A DNA stretch of 64,000 nucleotides from Blepharisma stoltei ATCC 30299 (taxonomy: Eukaryota; Protista; Ciliophora), in contig CBFDEM010000027.1 in the NCBI GenBank assembly GCA_965603825.1, forward strand, positions 496,001 to 560,000. The letters are read 5' to 3'. Position numbers and translations under genes: made by a program. Position 1 is the stretch's first letter; the number at the start of each line of letters is the position of its first letter. This document shows, piece after piece, positions 56,864 to 64,000 of this stretch. The notes below the pieces were generated by a model. That model saw only the letters and a program-made list of their open reading frames with translations. It was not told where the DNA came from and did not search any database.

Positions 56864-59116
56864 ATGGAAAATTCACCATCACCTTTATTCACTCCGCCTG
56901 AATATAACACACCAGCCTCTGAAATAAAGATTGAGACTTACTCACCTGAAAAAATATCTGAAAAATCCACTGTGAGAAGTCTTGATGGCTCAAATAAAAT
57001 TTTATGTACAACTGCTGACTTATTAAAAAGTCTTGAAAACCATAACATGGAATTTGATGAAGAAAACACGTTTATCAGTCCAAATAATGACTGTGCCAAT
57101 ATACGAAGCGACTCTCCATTAGTAGAGCCCATTATAGATCCATTGCTAACACTCAATTCAGAGTACAGCGAAAACGCATCGGAAGACTCTTCTCTCTTGG
57201 AAACCAAGTCACCAAAAATTGAGCCATCAGTCGACCCGTTCGTATCACCGAGAAAGCAAGATTCTGATGGCTATATTGATGAATTGCTATTGACAAAGCC
57301 TCTTTATTTGAGCGAAAAGAATATGCTCCTTAATCAGGATATTAAGAAAACAGGTCACTCATCATTGTCCCACAATTCTTCTATTTCAACACGCCATGGA
57401 TATGATTCTCCTTACGTTGATCCAATAGTGGAGCCACTATTGGACGACCCACTTGATACTATAAAAGATGATTCCTCTATTGTAGAACCAATCATTGATC
57501 CTTTGCTTACTCTAGCTTCTTCTACTTCAGAAAACTGCTCAGTTATAATTGAACCACTTTTAGAGCCTCTAATGGATACTTCTTTTATCGAAGCATTCTC
57601 AGAAAATGAGGTTTCGTTCAGTCAGAAAAAATCGTCCATTGATTTTATTGTAGCTCACAAGCAAGATAAATCAAGCCTAGGCTTTGATGGCGAGTTTATG
57701 CTGGATGTCCCTTCATTTCAAAATTTCGATAACAGCACTCGCTATTCTTTGGCAACTATGGCATTTTTAAATCAAGTATCTGAAATTATTAGTGAGGCTA
57801 TTAGGAGAAAATGCAACTCAGGGTTCAAAAAATTAGCCAGCCCAGTTCTTGAAAAGCAGCAAATTCAGCTAATAAACTTAAAAACTTATAGTAGATGGCT
57901 GCATTTAAAGCATAAAAGCCAGCACCTAACTCCTTCAGAAAAAAAAGACATAAAAGCACAATGCCTAGAAAGAATGATCATGACTGGAAGAATCAATTTA
58001 GAACAAAGAGCACTCTGGAGGTGGAATTTAAAGTCCTTTGGCGTAAAGCTGCATCCCCCATATTGGAGAAGCCAGAAACAATGTTCAGGAATTGAACTAT
58101 TGGAAAGCATAGTTGTAAAATCAGGTATCAGGCATTTTGATTTGCTAAAGAGAAGCTTTTTAAACTGGGTGAATATTGTAAATTTCGAGAAATTTCTCGA
58201 TTCTAATGCAGAAATCATCGAAGAAGTTACTGATGTTATTGAAGAAGTTCATATATCAAAAGTGACCAAAAATGCTGATGGTGAGATAATTGAAGTTGAA
58301 GAAAAAGACTTAACCAACTCCAGAGTTGGCTTGGCTTTAATTAAGCATGCACTTAGAAAGGTCATTAACAATGGATTTTATCGATGGAAAATGCAGACCA
58401 AGCTGCTAAGGCCAGTCAAGGCACCTACAAAATCGAATGCTTTACTTAAATCTGTGTTTAGGAATTTAGGTCATATACTTACCAAAATAACCAGAAAAAG
58501 TTTTAATGGGTGGAAAACTAATATTAAACTAGAAAAAATCAAAAAAACTATGCCAAAAGTTCGCAAAGAAATGACCTTCCAAAACACTAAAAATATCAAA
58601 GCGATTATATGCAATTTGCAGCATATTTTGAAAGTCCCGCTGCTCCAAGCATGGATGAAGTGGAATCAGGAAGAATATGAGTTTGAAGAAGAGGAAGTAA
58701 TAGTGCAAAACATCAAAGTCACGAATCGGTCATTTACTTCTTTCTCAATTCTTCACAAGCCTTTATGTGTCATTGAATTTGAAATCTCAGTTCAAACTAA
58801 TAATGATTTCGATATTCCTAGTAGAAGAGATTCAGTAAAATCCAGCAAAAGCAATCCGCCACCTCAAGAGACTCCTAATTTATATCTTAAAGGTGAAGCT
58901 GCAGAAAGAATGGAAGAATTAGTTCCTTATATGCAAACTGTAAGCAAGAAACGACACCTTTTGGAAGGATTTATGGTCATAAAATGGCTTGATAGGTCAA
59001 ATAATCTGCATTTGCAAAACCTTAAATTAAAAGCCATGATGAGCAGACTTATTAGTAAAGAGGCAACTCCGCTAAAATGCTTGTATAGCTGGAGACTCAA
59101 TACTTTAAGAAGCTAG
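56864..59116 (+). CDS. Protein with acidic EPxxDPLL repeats and Sfi1-like FxxW repeats
   Basis: Intact 750-aa ORF; LLKRSFLNW, INNGFYRWK, TRKSFNGWK. Confidence 0.75.
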   Translation: MENSPSPLFTPPEYNTPASEIKIETYSPEKISEKSTVRSLDGSNKILCTTADLLKSLENHNMEFDEENTFISPNNDCANIRSDSPLVEPIIDPLLTLNSEYSENASEDSSLLETKSPKIEPSVDPFVSPRKQDSDGYIDELLLTKPLYLSEKNMLLNQDIKKTGHSSLSHNSSISTRHGYDSPYVDPIVEPLLDDPLDTIKDDSSIVEPIIDPLLTLASSTSENCSVIIEPLLEPLMDTSFIEAFSENEVSFSQKKSSIDFIVAHKQDKSSLGFDGEFMLDVPSFQNFDNSTRYSLATMAFLNQVSEIISEAIRRKCNSGFKKLASPVLEKQQIQLINLKTYSRWLHLKHKSQHLTPSEKKDIKAQCLERMIMTGRINLEQRALWRWNLKSFGVKLHPPYWRSQKQCSGIELLESIVVKSGIRHFDLLKRSFLNWVNIVNFEKFLDSNAEIIEEVTDVIEEVHISKVTKNADGEIIEVEEKDLTNSRVGLALIKHALRKVINNGFYRWKMQTKLLRPVKAPTKSNALLKSVFRNLGHILTKITRKSFNGWKTNIKLEKIKKTMPKVRKEMTFQNTKNIKAIICNLQHILKVPLLQAWMKWNQEEYEFEEEEVIVQNIKVTNRSFTSFSILHKPLCVIEFEISVQTNNDFDIPSRRDSVKSSKSNPPPQETPNLYLKGEAAERMEELVPYMQTVSKKRHLLEGFMVIKWLDRSNNLHLQNLKLKAMMSRLISKEATPLKCLYSWRLNTLRS

Positions 59117-59161
59117 TTATAAAGTTAAATTAATGGCAAGAATTAATAAAAGATTGAGAAA

Positions 59162-60706
59162 TTAATTTTTAAGCGACTCAGCAGGGCTTTCTGGGTTGGA
59201 GTTCATCAGCTTCAATTTTTTATTATATTGTTGACGTTCATATCTGACATGGTTCGGGTCAATATGCTTTCCCATATATTTAGCAATTTTCTTGTTAGCA
59301 AGAGGCTCTGCGTTATATTTTTCAACGGCTTTATAGAATCTTTCGTAATCCTCTGCATTTCATTCAGATCTTTCTTGAGAAAAATACCTATAGCTTCGTT
59401 TTTTCTTTTCTTCTGGGCTTTCATAAAACTCAAGTAGATGTTCTGCCACTTTAGTGATCCCTTCTTCTCCTTTCAGCGCTGCATTCATATCTAGCATGCC
59501 AGGTATTTTCCTTTTATTTCATAAATACGCTCTTAAATCTTCGCACGAGCTTTCGTCTACTTCTGCGTTTTCATCAATTATTGGAGGTTTGGCTATATCA
59601 TAATGGAAAAAGGCTGTCCCATCATCAAGTTTTCTTTTGCTCATCTTTACAACTCTTTCGAAAATCGGCCCACTGCCTTCAACAAACTTTGTAAAACCTT
59701 CTATACAGAATTTTAAGGTCAGCGCTAAAGTTTCTTCTTCTTTGGTTTTCATTTCGTGGTATCTATCAAAAATGGCTGATAAATTCATCCCTTCATTTTC
59801 GCAAAAATCTCGAAATTTTAGCATTAAATCAACAGTATCTTGTCCTAATGGCAGCAATTCTGAGAAATCGCTGGGCTTGTGGACAACGTCGCTTTTCATG
59901 TGGATTTCTCTTCTAAATTTTTCGTTTTTCTGGTAATTATTTATTTCTCTGAAAGTCAGTTCTATTTTATAATGATGTTTGGCTCTTAATAAACTGGTAT
60001 AAATCAAGTTTTGTAAGAAAAAGTCACCAACTTTGGCAAGGTGCTCAGGGATGTCGAGATAATCTTTTTTAATGAACTGGAAAATCATAGGGAATATAAC
60101 AAGCGGAAGTCTAGGGATACGCATATATCTATTCGCAGCGAAAAGTGTTTCTGATGACGATTTATTAATATGCTCTCTTAAAACACTATACGGGATACTT
60201 CTATCATCCTCCAAGCTATCTGAGTTCCCATTTCCATTTTGATTATCCTCTGGTTTGAATTCTCCAGTCTCTTTTATCGCATTATACACCTCAGAGTCCA
60301 AAATCCAAAATTTTGTTTCTTTCCTCATAAACGCAATTATCCCCGCCATCAGTTCTTCAATGCTGGTTGCTGCTTAGAAGTTACCTTTAAAGTAGGAATA
60401 ATCTATTAAAGCTAGCTCAGTAATATAAGTCTCTAAATCGTAGTCTTGGAGGCTACAGACTTCTTTGCGTGAAAGCCTGTTTTTCACCTCTCGTTTTATT
60501 ATTGGCAGTGCCGCTATATTCAGTGAGCTGGGATCGCCTTTCTTTGGCTTTCGTGCAGTGGAGCTTGAATAGAAGACGTCTGATCTTGTCAATTCATTGT
60601 ACTTGGTAATGAAGTTTCTATGCACGTACCTGGTTGCTGAATTCATTTTTATTATAGGATAGGCCTTCAATCCTCAGCAGTTAATGAAATTTTTAAGCAG
60701 GATCAT
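59162..60706 (-). CDS. Hypothetical protein with C-terminal SANT/Myb-like domain
   Basis: Joined via intron 60370-60384 and TGA; SE[TGA]NAEDYERFYKAVEKY..KKIAKYMG..HV. Start codon uncertain. Confidence 0.7.
60370..60384 (-). other. 15-nt intron GTAACTTCTAAGCAG
   Basis: Consensus match; removes an in-frame TAA. Confidence 0.85.
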
Positions 60707-60901
60707 TTTTTGGAGGCTTGTTCAGGATGGATTAGATATGTGATCATAATTTAGTATCAGTCCATGATCAGTTGTTACTTATAAAGACGCAATTAAAATG
60801 TTCAGAGAATGTATGGAAATTTTATTTTTGGGGTGAAATTAAAGTTAAGCTATTTAACAGGTAAAAAATAATCTGCTAAAGCTGGGAAAATTGCTAATAA
60901 A

Positions 60902-62623
60902 ATGGCGGAAAAAGAATTCAATTCAAAACAGCCCGCATACCTGTATTCTGCAAAAAGTGATTTAGAGTCCAACCAAGACTCCCAAGACTTATTCAGTATA
61001 AAAAGGGAAAGTGACGTAACAAGTGAATCTCGAGACATTAAACGCAGAGTTTCATGGGGCAATTATCGTGTTCGGCAGTACCTTCAAACTACAGAAGAAA
61101 GCCCTCTTGAAGGAGGCCGGTATCCTTTAATTGAAGATGAAGATCTTCTCCAAGCCCCTCTTGGAAGTGCAAGTCCTATAGAAGATCCGCAGCTTTCTCA
61201 ACTTTTTCACGAATCAGCTAAACAAGACGAAACATACAAGCGGAAACAAGCCAATTCTCCTTCAGATATGGACATCTCTGAAATCATGTCTCCTCCCTCA
61301 AAACCAATTTTAAAGCCTGAAAGAACTGGGAGAGAGCTAATTGAAGAATTCAATCAAAGTTTGGAATCTCCCCCTGTCTATATGAACTGTGAAGAAGATA
61401 CCCCAGAAGAATCCCGCTATGAAAGACCTGACCCTGGAATGCCAGCTTTATTAATAAAATGCGATAATACCCCAAGCCAAGCGTGCTCACAAGATAACGC
61501 TCCAAGATTCCCAAATTTATTGACTCCAGTAAAGGAAGAAGACAGCGAATCTATGCAAATTTGCAGCTCTGGAGACACACTGGTGTCGCCAAGTATTGGA
61601 AGATTTAAAGATATAAGCAATAGGCAGTCAACTCCATATATAAATGTTAAGGAAAATAGTCCAGTGAGTGTAAAAAGTGAGGCGTCTTCTAAAAGCGTGG
61701 TAAAACCAATTTTAAAAAGAAATGAAGAAGAAAAAAAAATAGAGGAGACCCCTCAAATAGCAGAAAAAGTCTCTTTAGTCTCTTCTAAACTTGATACAAG
61801 TAAACTTACCCCTTTGAAGCCAATTCCGTGGAAAGCTAATTTTCCTCCAAATTCTTCAGGCAGAAAAACGCCAAAACTTGATCCTTTTAAAGAGCGTAAA
61901 ATTCAGGACTTAAAAGACAGATTAGAAGATGCGAAAAAAAGTTTAGAGCACGCCCTCTATGAAAAAGAAAGCTTGGAAAGCCTTTCAAATGGGCTTGTAT
62001 ATTTGTTAAAAGAGCAGGACAATAAAATTGAAAGGGCTATCTCAGGACTTATTTCTGAAAACCGGCAAAAAGAAAAATCAGCTGAAGCAGTTATTAACTC
62101 ACAAATTGAAAATTTAAGCAGGGATATACTTGAATTAAAAGAAAGAGACAGGTGGTATTTGACTTATCATCATTCCTATGGAGATAAAGAAATCAAAGCG
62201 TTTCGGCACATTCCAAGTCTTCTAAATTCTCCTTGGTATTCCAAGCTTTATATGGTTTTAATAGGCCAAGAGACAGGATATGAAGTATCAGTAAAAATCA
62301 TGGATGGTTTTGATGATGAAATTTTTGAAAAATTGTGAGAAAAATTTTCGAAATTTTTGAATAAATATTTGTCACATAATAAAGAAGAATTTATACTGGA
62401 AAATGCTGCTCATTATTGGCATAGCTTCATATCTCTACAAGAAGCCTTTTTCAAGCTGAAAATGGCTTTTGAGATCAGCGAGATCTTGACAACAGATACT
62501 TCTTTAATAATCAAAGGAACTGCAGGAGATCAGAAATGGGAAACTGGGTTTTCTTTTATCAGCATTGACAAAGATTGGGATCTTTTTAAATCCTCCCTGC
62601 GAAATTTAGGCCTTGAAATATAA
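60902..62623 (+). CDS. Disordered + coiled-coil + globular C-terminal protein (KNL1/Spc105-like candidate)
   Basis: ORFs 60902 and 62357 joined by TGA 62336; KRRVSW, DMDIS, PILK x2. The CDS is secure, the identity is speculative. Confidence 0.7.
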
Positions 62624-62677
62624 AGATGTGTATAAATCTTTAGAAATAATGAAATAATAGTCCTTTATTAAATATAT

Positions 62678-63379
62678 CTAACACTTCTGCTTCTTAGATG
62701 GCTTTGCTTCGTCATTATTGCATGCCCCATTAATTAAGCTGCATAATCCTTACTTAAATATTTTGTCAAAAGAGTCTTTGTCAAGAGCATTCATCTTAAT
62801 TTGGATTCTTTCAGTGTCCAGCTCCTCTATTGCAGGCTTGCATTGGCTTTCAACAATTTTCACTATTTCTGCAAGCAGCTCAACAGGCGCTCTTCTGATT
62901 TTTTCTGCAAGCTCGATTTTGCTTTCAAAGCTTAGTGCTTCATTGTTTGTCAAAGGCATGCTGAAAATGTCTTCTCTTGGTCTTTTGACCGCTTTTTCTA
63001 CAAATAAACTATGCTTATCAATGTATTTCTTCATATATACCTCCATCATTTCAGCATGCTGATAGATAGGCTAAATAAGGATTACAGAGCCAGTTTGATT
63101 ATAAGTTTTACAGTTTTCCCAGATGAGGCTGAGGTCTTTGAGAAATTCTTTGGAGTTAGAATATTTTGAGGACTTGAGCTTTTTCTTTACAGTTGATAAG
63201 TCCATAGGATTGCTTATAATGAGTGGATAGTCGATAAGGCCTAATGCTTTATAATCAACTGGTTTTGAAAATAAATTGGACTCTGGACGCTTTTCTAGAT
63301 GCTTTATCAATTCTTGAGCCTTTTTAATCTCATCTTTTGATAGAGCAGACTTCTTAATTGACTCTGGCTTCTGATCCAT
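62678..63379 (-). CDS. Bromodomain + ET-domain protein (BET/GTE-like)
   Basis: FSKPVD..DYPLIISNPMDLSTV..NCKTYN; PLTNNEALSF..LAEIVKIV..IQIKMNAL; two introns; TAG 62678. Confidence 0.9.
62739..62753 (-). other. 15-nt intron GTAAGGATTATGCAG
   Basis: Consensus match; removes an in-frame TAA. Confidence 0.8.
63071..63085 (-). other. 15-nt intron GTAATCCTTATTTAG
   Basis: Removal completes the last bromodomain helix (GS|PIYQHA). Confidence 0.9.
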
Positions 63380-63536
63380 AAGTTGAGATTATTAATAATT
63401 GAATTTCAATAAATTTTCAAATGAATTTCACTTAAAAAATAAATTATTTAAATTTATAAAAAAGCTCTGATTTATATAAATTTCAATTGTTTTTGTGGCA
63501 GAGATAATCATAGAGTGATAAAATATTACTTATGTG

Positions 63537-64000
63537 TTAAGCATTAGACTTTCTAGCTCTTTTTCTGGATTCTTGATCTAAAATTTTCTTTCTCAGCCTG
63601 ATTGACTTTGGTGTAATTTCTACTAGTTCATCTTCATTAATATAAGCAAAAGCTTCTTCTACTGTAAAGGTTTTAACTGGACTCAGCTTAATATTTTCAT
63701 CTCTCATAGCAGACCTTACATTAGTCAGCCTTTTTTCCTTATTTGGATTTAATACAATTTCATCCTCAACAGTAGTTTCTCCAATGATCATTCCTTCATA
63801 CACTTTTTGCCCAGGGGTAATAAAAGCTTGGCCTTTTTCTTCTAAGTGGTTGATTCCGTACTCAGTGCAATTTCCTTTGTGGGTTGCCACTACCACTCCT
63901 TGTTGTCTTCTTCTGAGTGCTCCTTTGTAAGGTGAATATGTTTTAACATGGGACTCAATGGTCATATTTCCTTTGGTTATACTGAGAAGTTTTGGCTTAA
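63537..64000 (-). CDS. typA: TypA/BipA translational GTPase, C-terminal part (5' partial)
   Basis: VYEGMIIGE, KRLTNVRS, DELVEITPKSIRLRKKIL. Confidence 0.92.
   Translation of the reverse strand, partial: KPKLLSITKGNMTIESHVKTYSPYKGALRRRQQGVVVATHKGNCTEYGINHLEEKGQAFITPGQKVYEGMIIGETTVEDEIVLNPNKEKRLTNVRSAMRDENIKLSPVKTFTVEEAFAYINEDELVEITPKSIRLRKKILDQESRKRARKSNA

Noticed and set aside
1-64000. Mycoplasma, mitochondrial or other prokaryotic origin (also UGA=Trp)
   Set aside because: Spliceosomal introns and eukaryotic nuclear genes (eS8, DIS3, Myb, bromodomain, axonemal p28).
63537-64000. TypA/BipA as recent bacterial HGT or contamination
   Set aside because: Organelle-targeted TypA homologs occur in many eukaryotes and the composition matches neighbours; the N-terminus is outside the window.

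Overview
This is AT-rich, very gene-dense eukaryotic nuclear DNA that fits the macronuclear genome of a Blepharisma-like heterotrich ciliate. In-frame TGA sits exactly at conserved Trp positions in PKA, PDE, RsfS, DNALI1, PH, RING and Myb domains, so UGA=Trp, and every gene end I could assign is TAA/TAG. At least twelve 15-16-nt GTA...YAG introns carry an invariant A six nt from the 3' end. The supplied standard-code ORF track therefore fragments most genes; about 45 genes were rebuilt by hand. Recognisable products include RPS8, PKA-C, DNAJC7, PP2C, RIB43A, DIS3, ARMC9-like, a membrane PDE, RsfS/MALSU1, FHA-RINGv-FHA, R2R3-Myb, DNALI1, MORN/IQ, BET-like and TypA. The most unusual region is 35.4-40.9 kb: a ~680-bp direct duplication of a calmodulin-like gene brackets a frameshifted WD40-ankyrin-TRP-like channel gene and a degenerate GCTCATCCTGYAG array. 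Unusual proteins include a RING-H2 ligase with three p97/CDC48 Nc-like domains, a GTPase-HSP20 fusion, a KNL1/Spc105-like candidate, a stand-alone NPC1 N-terminal domain, a PH-CLU-TPR protein, an Sfi1-like protein and a DIS3 with an apparently dead PIN site. No tRNA, rRNA, CRISPR, telomere or transposase was seen. All domain calls are by motif recognition, not database search.
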